NCBI RefSeq assembly: GCF_003704095.1 | Contig: NW_020844944.1 | Location: forward strand, 682,001-746,000 | DNA length: 64,000 nt | Reading direction: 5' to 3' | DNA from: Pocillopora damicornis | Taxonomy: Eukaryota | In this document: positions 1 through 12,174 of the stretch, piece after piece | Layout of the letters: each line of letters begins with the position of its first letter | How positions within the stretch are numbered: position 1 is the stretch's first letter | Made by a program: the position numbers and the translations under genes | The notes under the pieces: model-generated | Told to the model about the DNA's origin: nothing | What the model saw: the letters and a program-made list of their open reading frames with translations, nothing else | The model's database searches: none

Positions 1-108
1 TTGAACCCTCTTGCAGGAGAGAGCGACGCTGTGAAAGGAATCAGGATCGTCCAAAAAGGAAATAATTCTGCAAAGGCAGTCATCATTGAGAGTCGAGAAG
101 GACGCCAT
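1..108 (-). CDS. F-box-like tandem paralog, copy 1 (5' part only; runs off the window start)
   Basis: ATG at 108 reads MASFSTLNDDCLCRIISFLDDPDSFHSVALSCKRVQ, near-identical to the N-termini at 4282 and 10044. The upstream DNA 109-1150 is homologous to 4283-5437. Confidence 0.8.
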   Translation of the reverse strand, partial: MASFSTLNDDCLCRIISFLDDPDSFHSVALSCKRVQ

Positions 109-617
109 AATGACAAAATGGAACGAATGAGGTCCGCATCACGTACATACAATTAGTTACGGGCTAAGGTGTTACACGCTATTCACAGCTTTCTAGAATT
201 TTCTTCACTTCCTTATCCCTGTAAATATAGCATATCGCTCGAGAGTTTCCATCTAAATTATACCTGTTCTTAATTTTTGCATTCAGTAAAGAATGTAGCT
301 TGATGATGGACATCTAGCTTTTGAATCCACATGAAAAATATTGATTATAGCTATTTTTACAGTGCTCATAATCATTTGTGAATTTTGTCATTCTTAAAAA
401 CTCTTTTACAAAATGAAAAAAACAAAAAACAAAAAACAAAAAAGACAATAGATTAAATTTAAGAGCCAAAAAGAATAATGCTCCCAAAATTACCACCCTG
501 TCAATGTAACAGCAATATCCTTAAAGGCATTCCTTTATTTGAAACTCAACTCATTACAAACACAATTCAACCACAAGAGGTAAAAAAAGGAACAATCATA
601 AGAGTGAAGAGGGGCAT

Positions 618-850
618 GTTACTAAAGAAACTGTGATGCTGCATCAGTGGGGGAATATAACAGGGTAAATAAGTATTATCAACTGAGTTGATCACATGAA
701 TTGGCCATCATAATGAGTTTCAAAACTGATATTTTGAGCATTAGCCCTTTGTCAGAGCAAATGACAAAGGGCTCTGATGGTTGAAATGTCAACTTTGAAA
801 CTCTTTACAGTGGCCAATTTATGTTATCGACCCAGTTGATGATACTAAAT
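618..850. repeat. Palindromic interspersed repeat (CTGAnGAAGGGCT...GAAA type); other copies ~4760-5040, 9217-9310, 23890-24110, 26260-26355, 38020-38240
   Basis: Shared blocks ctaaagaaact..gctgcat, atcaactgagttgat, tagccctt..tcagag and aagggct..gaaatgtca recur at the listed positions, often as an inverted pair. Confidence 0.7.
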
Positions 851-1344
851 CATGAGAGTGAGAACTATATCCAATATCTGAGTTTTGTCAACCTAAACAA
901 GATCCTTGAGTTAATAAAATTTATAAAATGTTTATATTCTTTACTTTTCTGTGTTAAATGAACTGAATGGCCAAATGACTGTGAGACTGTGCTGAAAAGT
1001 CTTATCACCCAAATGAAAGATTTTGGCTGATGTACATCAACCCCTAGGGGGAAGACTAAAATAAACAAAGCCGCAAAACTGACATTAACCCTTTAAACCA
1101 TTATCGGTATGCATCTTCTCCATACTGTTCTCAGTACATTTACTGAGGTTGTTAATACAGTCAAAGTCCTTGCACTGTTATGTTGACTAATTTCAACTGT
1201 CCTTATGATTAAAATACTGTTAAAAGTCATAAAGTAGGTGAAAAGTTTATTGTTCATGAATCACTATGTTCCTCTCTTCACTCTCTTCATATGATCCTTC
1301 CTCACTAGACTATGTATGGATCAGATTCTTGTCATGTCTTTTCT

Positions 1345-4282
1345 TCAAAGGAATGTTTGATCTTCTGTGCCAAACTTCATGGCATGCAAAAGATAAGAGG
1401 CTGTAAAGTGGTCATCTAACTTGGGGATGTGCTCCTCTCCTTCCATGCATTTATTCACACTCTGCTGAAATAGCTCAGTAACTGGACTCAACATTTCAAC
1501 TTGAAGAGGTTCACTCCAATATCTGCAGGTTGCATCCAGCTCCAATAATTTGCCATCCGGTAGGGTGACTGTAAGCTCCAATTCACTCCAAGTAGGGGAG
1601 CTTGCCCCATCCCCATGCATGCCACCTGCAGCTGTCACAACTTTACCTCCTGAAAACCTGAATGAAGCTTCACCTTGTACAAACTTGTCTGCAATTGAAC
1701 CAGGGTCGTAATCACTAGACACAAGCTCTGTTCGCAAAAGTAAGTCCTGCACAAGTGGTTTGGGGAGTAGTTTCTGCTTAAGGTCTGATGCAATCTCATA
1801 AAAGACATTGGTATCCCTTTGAAGCTTTTCAAAGAATTCTGTCTCTGATCTCTGGATCAAGACTGCCATAATTTGGGCAATCAGACTGGAGAGGTTTGAA
1901 TCAGGATCATTCCATCCAGAAACCAAGTTTTTCAAGCTGGTATCAGCTTGAAGGTTCTGATGAAACAGATCCATAGCTGGCTGAACATCCTCAGGGGTGG
2001 GTGTTACATTCCTAGATGGGTCTTCAAAACTAAGCTTGTGTTCTGTTGCCAAGGTTCTCTGGTGTGGAAAGAAGTAACACAACCAGACAAAAAAATTGTT
2101 TGTCATCGGAGGAACTGTCTCACCAAGCTCCTTCTGCAGGAGTTCCACGACTGGTTTCATTGGTTTAACCACTGCTTGAACTTCTTTTTCTTTCCAAAAC
2201 TCATAATCGCTAGGGCAATAGCGGATGTAACTCTCACAAAATGGTACTCTGCCTTTGAAAATGGTAATTTAATCATAGAGTAAAAATAGCATTAGAAACA
2301 GTCTACTTACATAGAATTGTGCATAATACCGACAGATGTAAAAGGGCAGCTTACCCATAACTGCTACAAAATTGATAAACATAAAATACCTCTGCACTTT
2401 ATCACAGACAATCAGTAGAGGGTCCTAAAATAACTTTTCCTAAAATTCAAAATTAACCTGATTTTCATTTAAATTGTCATTTTTCCTTGAAAAGAGGTGG
2501 TCACCTTAGTCATCCACACCCATGTTTGCCACAAAAACCTTGTTTTAGGTTCAAATTTTTTACAATTATTTTGGCTGGGATACTTAACTCGCCATTGAAA
2601 CCCAAGCAGGCATATTGCAAAAATAAAGGATACTTACTGGATAATTCAATCAATTTATCAGCCAATCCTTGACTCACTCACTCACTTCCACACCCAACTA
2701 TTTCCATCTTCCCTTTTGTCATTTATTCATTCAGTCAGTCTGTCAATCACTCAGTCAGTCACTGTATCAATCAGTCAGACAGTCAATTACTATCTCAGAC
2801 AGACACTCAGTCCCAAAGGCCTTTGCGCACTGGGCTGACCATTTTTTTTTTTGCTCCAGCAAAAATCTTGAGAAGATTTATCCCCCTCAAATTTACAAGT
2901 GGTTAATTTTAATAATCATTTGTTAATCACCACATGCCAATCCCATGGATATACAACTTTAGCAGTACTTGAACCTGGGAATTCAACATGAATGTAAACT
3001 TGGGAGCCATAATGGTGTACTCTGAATATCCTGAGTACTGACTGCCATGCAGCATTCCAAGGTACAAAATTAATCTTCCATCCTCACCCTTTGATTGCCG
3101 GATATAAATTAAATATTCTGGCAGCCTTCTGCCTAGAAGACTCGCACTCAAAGAGTGAGATCAAATTTTTTTAGATAATGTTTTCCTTAAATTATGACTT
3201 GTAAATTGAAAAATCTGTCAGATTTCATGCCAGACAAAAATTTTTCTTATCCCAAGGCAAGTAAATGGTGTCTGTTTTGTTGAAGAAATAGGTGTCATCT
3301 TTTATTGACAGTTTTTCATTATGCTGAATGATTGAAAATCTTACTGATTAACATTTAACAATACACTGAGTTTGCATTTTGAGTCAGTTCAGTCCAATCA
3401 GATGTCAAAGTCAGAGCAAAGTTACTATTTACACTGACCAGAAGAAGTATTCAGAAGTATTAAGGCTAACCGGTAAAATTTCCTAACAGCCCCATACTAC
3501 ATTATGCATTCAGTTCTTGGATAGAGAAAACAATGACAAAAACAATACATTGCCACTGGGAAAACAGATTTTCCCAGTGGCAGTATGGGGCTGTGCGGAA
3601 AATTTACCAGTCAATCACTCTCTCCATTCAGTTACGGTCAACCAATTTTACTGTGAACAGAGCTACAGTCAACTAATCTTTAATAAGCTTAAATGCATCA
3701 AAAACAACCTGCAAACTCACCTTCTGACTTTACATCCAAATCTCCACAAGTTACTTGAATGGTCAACTCGCCGTCGTTATCACCGCTGTGATCGTAAAAG
3801 ATGGTGGTATCGATCCTTAAGTCCTTGTCACAGCCTGGCAAATGCAACGTGACACTTAGATATTCGGTAAAACAAGTCTCTCCCAGTTCGCTTTCTTCTG
3901 TGCTACTCTCCTGATTTCTGATCCATGTCAACAATTTAGCTGCCACGGGTCCGTTTCTCTTCCAAGCATTTACTACTTTTGCATAAGTAAGGAATTCCTT
4001 AGCTGCTGTAAGGCGCGCAGCATTGGAGAAAATATCTTCCAAATCGCTAAACTTGTTGTAGCCATAGTCGCTCTCGTCATCGGTGATTTCCACAAGGTAG
4101 CATTTTATGTAATATTCAGCTTTTACTCGCAGCAACTTTGGATGGAGAATGCTCCGAGTGTTGTTAATCACCTGTTGAACCCTCTTACAGGAGACAGCAA
4201 CGCTGTGAAACGAAACCGGATCGTCCAAAAAGGAAATAATTCTGCAAAGGCAGTCATCATTGATAGTCAGGAAGGAGGCCAT
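1345..4282 (-). CDS. F-box-like tandem paralog, copy 2 (two exons, C-terminally truncated, possibly decaying)
   Basis: Exon 1 is 4282-3721 (donor GAAG|GTGAGT, phase 1). Exon 2 is ~2252-1345 (in-frame acceptor TTTCAAAG|), giving ~489 aa. N-terminal LTINDDCLCRIISFLDD...SCKR resembles an F-box. TGA at 1345 replaces the GGA of copy 3. Confidence 0.75.
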
Positions 4283-5437
4283 ATTGGTTACAATTTAAAT
4301 TGAACAAATTAGGTCCGCATCAGGTACATACAAAAGTATAACACGCTTAACTACTTTCTCGATTTTTTTCTCTTCCTTATCCCTGTGAATATGGTTTATC
4401 GCTAAAGAGCTTTCATCTGAATTATTCCTGTTCTTAATTTTTGCATTCAATAGGGTATACAACTTGATGATGAAAACCCAGCCCTTTAATTGAATCCACA
4501 TGAGAAATATTTGTAATTATTTTTACAATGCTTATAGTCATTTGTGAATTTTGTTACTCTCAAGGACTCTTTTACAAAATGAAAGGAAAAAATGAGATTT
4601 AAATGAAAAGCCAAAAAGAAATGCTCCCAAAATTATCACCCTGTCAATGTATCAGAAATATTCTTAAAAAGTATTCCTTTATTTGAACCTCACCTCTCTG
4701 CAAACACAATTCAATCAAAATAGGTAAAAAAAGAACAATTATAAGAGTGAAGGTGGGTATGTTTCTAAAGAAACTATGTTGCTGCATTGGTGGGAGAGTA
4801 TAACAGGGTAATTTAGTATGATCGACTGTGTAATATTAATTGGCCACGGTAAAGAGTGTCCGAAAGCTTACTTTTGAGCAATAGCCCTTCATCAGAGCAT
4901 ACAACAAAGGGCTAACGTTCAGAAGTAAGCTATGACACTCTTTATGGTGTCAGAGCAAGGGTTCTGATGCTTGAAATGTCAACTTTGAAACTCTTTACAT
5001 TGGACATTATTTATGTCATCAACCTAGTTGATAACACTAAGTCATGCGAGTGGACAACTATATACCGCATTTGAGTTTTGTTAACCTAACCAAGATAATA
5101 ATTCCTTAAGTTAAATAATAAAACTAATAAAATGTTTGTATTCTTTACTTGTATGTCTTAAATGAACTAAAGTGCCAAATAACTGTAAGACTACGCTGAA
5201 AAATGTTATTACCCAAATGAAAGATATTGGTTAATACAGTCCCTAGGGGGAAGACTAAATTAAACAAAAAAGCAAACAAACAAGAAAACAAACAACACAT
5301 AAAAAAAAGGTAACAAAACTGACATTAACCCTTTACACCCTAACATCAGTATGCATCTTCTCCATACTGTTCTCAGTACATTTCCTAAGGTTCTGGCAAG
5401 GAGAATTTGTCTACCAGTAACAATTAAGAGCTTGTTT

Positions 5438-5537
5438 NNNNNNNNNNNNNNNNNNNNNNNNNNNNNNNNNNNNNNNNNNNNNNNNNNNNNNNNNNNNNNN
5501 NNNNNNNNNNNNNNNNNNNNNNNNNNNNNNNNNNNNN
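5438..5537. other. Assembly gap (100 N) inside the tandem array
   Basis: Run of N. Confidence 0.99.
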
Positions 5538-5784
5538 AGAGAGAGTTACCGCAAGAGATTGCTCATTTCAAGGAACTTTGAAGACAGCAGTGAGATTATG
5601 TCAGTGGTGAGCCTGGGTAGAGACTGCGGTGGGCTTAATTAAGTTTATTAACAATAAGTATTGTGCTGCTTTTAGGAGTTGCTCCTTGTTAAGAACATTA
5701 CTGGCTGTTTAATAAAGTAGTTGAATTTGTTGGATTGTAATGTTTTTCTGTCAGTTAGATTATGCTATAACATGAGTGAAAAGT

Positions 5785-8700
5785 TTATTGTTCATCACTC
5801 TGTTCTTCTTCACTCTCCTCCGATGATTCTTCCTCACTAGATCCTGTACTGATCAGATTCTTAAAATCCTTCTTTCCAAGGAATGCTTCATCTTCTCTAC
5901 CAAATTTCAGGACATGCAACAAATAAAAAGCCGTAAAACGATCATCTAACATGGGGATGTGCTTCTCTTGCTCCATACATTTACAAATACCTTGTTGAAA
6001 TAGCTCAGTAACTGGACTCAACTTCTCAATTTCAATAGATGGTGCGTGACGTCTGTAGCTTGCCAACTTGAATTCCTTGCCATCTGGTAAGGTGACTTTA
6101 AGCTCTAGTAAGTCATCCCAAGATGATTCTCCTCTCCCATCCCCATGAAAACCACCCCAAACTTTCACCACTTTACCTTCTGAAAACCTGAATGATGCTA
6201 TGCTTTCTACAAACTTGTTTGCAATTGAACCAGGGCTGTAATTACTGAATTCAAGTTTTGTTCGCAAAATCAAGTCCAGCAAGAGCCTTTTAGGCAGCAA
6301 CTTTAAGTCATAATCTGAGGTAATCCGATAAAAGCTTTCAGCAACCCCTTCAAGCTTTTCAAGGAATTTTGTCTCTGATCTCTGAATTAAGACAACCACA
6401 GTTTTGGCAATCAGACTGGAGATGTCTGACTCAGTATCATTCCATCCAGACACTAGACTTTTCAACTTGGTTTCAGCTTGAAAGTTCTGATGAAACAGAT
6501 CTATAGCTGGCTGAGCATGGCCTGGGGTGGGTTTTTCATTCCTAGATGGGTCTGTAAACCTGAGTTTGTGTTCTACTACCAAGTTCTTTTTGTGTGGAAA
6601 GAAATAACACAGCCAGATAAAGAAAATGTCTGTTATTGGAGGAACTGTATCACCAAGCTCTTCCTGTAGGAGTTTCACCACTGGTTTCATTGGTTCAACT
6701 GCTTCATGAACTTCTTCTTCTTTCCAGTACTGGTAATCATCTGGGCAATTGTGGGTGAAATCTGTACAAAATGGTATTTTGGCTTTGAAAATAGTATTTT
6801 GACCCTATAGTCAACATAGCATTCAAGACATGCCTGTTGATGTAAAAAAGTGCACAACACTATCTGATTTAATATGTTAACTTGCTCACAACAAATTCCA
6901 ATTCACTTTGATACATACATTCAGTAGAAGCTAACTTTACCAGGCATTTTAGAGCCTGCTTTGTTTTTTTGTTTATAACCTGTAATTTTTCTTTGAAAAA
7001 GAGGGGTTGAATACACCCTAGGACCTTAGTCAACCACACCGGTATCCAATCAAGTCGCCAACGGTTTAACTCACCAACCTCAACTTGCCAACATATAAAA
7101 TCAAGTAGGGACATTGGCGAGTTGGTCTTCAATCCAGTACAACTTATTAGAAGTTAAAGATATAGAAAAGTAAAAGATCTTTAATAAAAAAACATTTTCA
7201 TTTTTTTTCTTCCAACAAAGTTTATATGGATCTCATGGTGAATAAAGCAAGGTAAACATCGCCAATGACTGTAAAAGCTTCAGACGTGAACGAGTTATTG
7301 TGCAACAACAACACCATAAAGATTCATCATGTCAATCGGTCAGATTTTTTTAGAAAACTTGGCTTTCTAGACAAGATCTTTAGTAAAAAACAATTCTTTT
7401 TATTTCCAACAAAGTTTATGAGGATCTCAAGGCGAATAAATCAAGGCAAACATCACCAATGACCAAAAAAGCCTTAGACACGAACAAGTTATTGTGTGAC
7501 AACAACACTCTAAAGACTTATCATGTCAATCAGTCAGATTTTTTTAAAAATACTTAGCTTTCTAGATAAGATCTTTAATGGAAAAAATTCTTTTTATTTC
7601 CAACAAAGTTTATTGGGATCTCAAGGCGAATAAAGCAAGGTGAACATCGCCAATGACCAAAAAAGCTTTAGACGTGAATGAGTTATTGTTTCACAAACAA
7701 GAATCATCATAGATTCATGCTTTGGTAGCTCACTTTTGAAGGTGTTTATGTTTGGTCCATCCTAATACCAGGCTATGCCGGTGAATGGCCATAAAAATAC
7801 GATAAGTATCTAACCAGAAGCTGACCAGAACCCAAAGGAGGGCTGATAGGCAAAGTAAGTTGTTTGGATTTTGGGAGAAACATGAGTCATTGCTGATGTT
7901 TACCTTGCTTTATTCACAATGAGATCCATATAAACTTTGTTAGAAGAAAAAAATTTTTTTTTTTTTAACTAAAGATCTTTTACTTTTCTTTATCTTTAAC
8001 TTCTAATAAGTTGTACTGGATTGAAGACCAACTCACTGACACCTCTACTCAATTTTATACATTGGCAAGTTGGTGTTGGTGGGTTGAACCATCGGCAACT
8101 TGACTGTAATTCACCACACCCATGTGTGCCAAACCTTTTTTTTTTGGTGCAAGTATTTTCATGACTATTTGGCTGGCATGACTTAGCACACCATTTAAGC
8201 CCAACCAGGCATGGCATAAAAAAGAGAGGTTATTGGATCAGTTAATGAATCAATAACTGACTTATTCATTTAATCAGTCACTTCCATAGCCCCTTCCTCT
8301 CATCATCTCTTTCATCATCAGTCAGACTGGTCAGACTCTCTCAGTCAGCCAGTCTGTCAGTCAATAAAGCTGATCAGACTCTCTCAGTCAGTTAGAAAGA
8401 TAGTCAGTTAGTCAGTCAATAAAGCTGGTCAGACTGTCAGTCAGTCAGTCAGTTGATGAAGCTGGTGAGACTCTCTCTGTCAGTCAATCTGTCAGTCAAT
8501 AAAGTTGATCAGACTCTCAGTCAGTCAGTCAGTCTATAAAGCTGGTCAGACTCTCAGTCAGTCAGTCAATAAAGCTGGTCAGACACTCAGTCAGTCAGTC
8601 AATAAAGTTAGTCAGACTCTCAGTATGTCAGTCAGTCAGTCAATAAAGCTGGTCAGACTCTCTCAACCAGTCAGTCAGTCAATAAAGCTGCTCAGACTCT

Positions 8701-10044
8701 CAGTAAGTCAGTCAGTCAGTCAATAAAGCTGGTCAGACTCTCTCAACCAGTCAGTCAGTCAATAAAGCTGCTCAGACTCTCAGTCAGTCAGTCAATAATG
8801 CTGGTTAGCCTCTCAGTCAGTCAGTCAGTCGATAAAGCTGGTCAGACTCTCAGTCAGTCAGTCAATAAAGCTGGTTAGCCTCTCAGTCAGTCAGTCAGTC
8901 AGTCAGTCAGTCGATAAAGCTGGTCAGACTCTCAGTGAGTGAGTGAGTCAGTCAATAAAGCTGGTCAGACTCTCAGACAGTCAGACAGTCAATAAAGCTG
9001 GTTAGACTCTCAGTCAGTCAATAAGTCACTTAATTAGTCGGTCACTCTCTCAACCTCTCAGTCAGTAACTCACTTAATCAGTCTGTCTGTCAGTTAGTCA
9101 GTCACTCACTTGGAAAGTCAGTTGGTCACTCTGTCAATCTGTCAGTAATCAATCACTCAGTCAGTCACTCTCTCAATCAGGCAGCAGTCTGCCAGTCAGA
9201 CACTCTCTTGTATTTACTCTGACGAAGAGCTACATATAATGCTTTAAACTTCAGCTCTACAAACTCTTTACATTGGCCAATTTACATTTATTTATCAATT
9301 CAGTTGTTGAAAACATGACTCTCTCAACCATTCTGTCAATCAATCAGTCAGTCAATCAGTCACTCTCTTAATTAGTCAGTCATTCACTCAGTCAACAGTC
9401 AAGTCAGTCAACTGAACGAGTTGAATGACAGTTATCAGCAATGCAGTCAACTAAACTTGAATGCATCAATAACAACCCGCCGACTTACCTTCCCATTTTA
9501 CATCCATATCTCCACAAGTTATGTGGATGCTCAACTCGTTGTCGTAATTATTGTAGTAGTCATAAAAGTAGGTGGTATCGATCTTTAAGTCCTTGTCACA
9601 GCCTGGCAAATGCAACGTGACACTTTGATATTCGGTAACACAAGTCGCTCTTGGTTCACCATTTTCAGTACGACTCTCCTGATTCCTGATCCACGTGTAC
9701 AGTTTAGCGACTACAGGTCCGATTTTCTCCCAAACATTCACCAATTTCGCAAAAGTCAGGGTTTTCTTAGCTTCTGTAAGACGCACAGCATTGGAGAGAA
9801 GATCTTCCAACTTGCTAAACTTGCGGTAGTCGCTCTTGTCATCGGTGATTTCCACAAGGTAGCATTTTATGTAATATTCAGCTTTCGCTAGTAGTACCTT
9901 TGGATGGAGAATGCTCCGAGTGTTGTTAACCACCTGGTTAAATCTCCTGCAGGTAAGAGCGAGGCTGAGAAAGGAGGACGGATCATCCAAAAAGGAAATA
10001 ATTCTGCAAAGGCAGTCTTCATTGAGAGTCAAGATGGAGACCAT
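5785..10044 (-). CDS. F-box-like tandem paralog, copy 3 (two exons, intact, acidic tail)
   Basis: Exon 1 is 10044-9489 (GAAG|GTAAGT) and exon 2 is 6761-5785 (TTTGTACAG|). Together 1533 nt = 510 aa + stop, ending SSEEESSEESEEEQSDEQ. Colinear with copy 2. Confidence 0.85.
7041..8112. mobile_element. Non-autonomous foldback-type DNA transposon with ~230 bp TIRs and 8 bp TSD
   Basis: 7041-~7270 is the imperfect reverse complement of ~7886-8112. There are internal ~195 bp tandem units. ACCACACC is duplicated at 7033-7040 and 8113-8120. The empty site is present in the paralogous intron at ~2505-2530. Confidence 0.85.
8315..9420. repeat. Composite (CAGT)n minisatellite in the intron of copy 3
   Basis: Roughly 20 units of ctctcagtcagtcagtcaataaagctggtcaga (33-45 bp, variable CAGT number) at 8320-9020, followed by degenerate CAGT repeats. 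Confidence 0.95.
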
Positions 10045-11970
10045 ATTGGAAAAACTACAACAGGACAGGCCCGCATCACGTACACACAATTGGTCACGGG
10101 CGGAAGTGTTTGACCTCCACTGCTTTCTGGAACGTACTTCGTTATCCCTCAGAATATGCCTTTAGTTAGGAATGTAGCTTGATCACATTAATATAGCTCA
10201 TAAAAGTGCTTTTGTGGAGACACAGCACTTGAATGCCTATGGGAAGTATTTATCAGCCAGTTATTGTACAATGTTCATAATTTCATTTGTGAATATTGTC
10301 ATTTTGAAAGAAACTTTTACCAAAAAAAAAAAAAAAGAAAACCAAAACAGCCAAAGAGGAAGATCCATAAGTTTGAAACCCACCTCACTGCAAATGAAAC
10401 TAAACTCACAATGAGTCACAGGCTTAAAGTTATGAGTCACCTAAACCCACTGGCACACTTCATGAAGGACTTACAAACAAATAGGCAGATAAAAACATGC
10501 GTGAAACCAACATTTAGCAACACAGGGTTGTTGTTTGAAGTCGGTAGGTGGTGGAAACTGCTCATCTGTCAGACTATTTTTCACCAGCTACTTTGGGAAC
10601 TGGGATCAAAGACATAAAATAACTATTTTAAAATTTACTCTTGCATCAATGGCTGGCTTTAAAAAACTTACCCAAGTATGTGTCAGAATGCTGGGAATCA
10701 CGTCTCAGTGGGTTCCAAATTTTTGTGGGAGAGTATGCCTCCAGACCCCCTGCAAGGGTGTGTTGCTTTGCAACATACCTTGCCTACTCAGTTCCTCCCA
10801 CACATGAAGATAAAATCTGACAGTGAAACATAAAACAGTAATACCCAAGATATAAAATCCCTTGAATATTAGGACACAACATTGAGAACATACAATCTGC
10901 ATTAAAAAATAAACTTGCTTTATTGTTTCTAACATTTTAAACTAAATTTCATAATCCTATTAATGCTAACAAAATAGATCATGTTACTTAAAGAATACTT
11001 ACAACATGTATCTATTCCTCTTTAATTAAATTTGTCTTCCCTTGGAATATACACACTGAATTTTACTTAGCATTGCCAGCTTGCAATTATTTTCTCAGAC
11101 TATAAAGGCATCTCATTGGAATACATACAACAAACTGTACATAAATATGTACAATTCTATTACCATAAGTCCTTGCCTAATATTTTGAATATCTTTGTAT
11201 TTGGAGCTTGAAGAAACACTGCACAAGTTAGTTTTTCATGTTACACCAAATAGTACAGTGTAGCATTATTTTATCGTATGATAAGCTGAAATATGCAAGC
11301 ATTTTGATCGGTTATTACTTATGAGCTGTTGGAGGACAAACACAAAGATAACATCACCATTAACAACATTTTGCTTATCTGTTATACAAAACAAAGAGAT
11401 TCTATGTTGGTGCAGATCTGTATGGTAATCACAGGTTATGTCAAAATGTGGTGGAGTATTAGTGACGCAACCTGCTGCGACCTTGTGTGCCACTTTAAAA
11501 TTCTTACCACATTTTGTCACAAACTCTGATCTATTACTGAACAGCAACATGGAATCTATTTGTTAAGCCTTTCACTCCTGCTATCTTGACACAAATTCCC
11601 CTATATGTCTTCTATGCAGTCTTATGATTGTAGCTCTGAGAATTTGGTGTTGAATCAAATAACATGCCCCTTCTGATAATTTTCTACCTTCTCATCATGT
11701 TTCTGGTTGATGTTGCATTGATATTGTTAGGAGAAATCACTCATTAGTCACTTGCAGGACTGAAAGAGTTATAAATAGATATTTACATACATTATCAGTG
11801 ATTGTTTAAGCAATTATGGGGTAATTCTTCGGAACTATTCCAACAAAGGACATTTTAAACTTTAATATACCCTGGCTGTAAAAACCCTGAGTTTGGAAGG
11901 AGTTATTTTCATGAGGTCTAACCCAAACCACAGTTTTAAACAATCAGTGGGCCTCTGGCTTTCACTTTAA

Positions 11971-12174
11971 CCCTTTGACTCCCAGGATCTGATTCTTTAT
12001 TCTCTTCACTGGCTGTTACACAGTTCCTTGCAGGATAGTTACAAGAATTTGGTGTTTGATCGAGTTAAAAACTTCTACTTGATAAGTTTGAGTATTCTCA
12101 TTACCTGTTGGCTGGATAGTGTATAGATATTATAGGGAGAAGTTACATGTTAATAACTTCTGGGAGTTAAAGGG
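11971..12174. mobile_element. ~200 bp MITE, piggyBac-like ends
   Basis: TTAA|CCCTTTGACTCCCAG ... CTGGGAGTTAAAGGG|TTAG terminal inverted repeats. Confidence 0.8.

Noticed and set aside
8320-9020. CRISPR-like regular repeat array
   Set aside because: There are no unique spacers; the variable part is just CAGT copy number. It lies in a eukaryotic intron with no cas genes.
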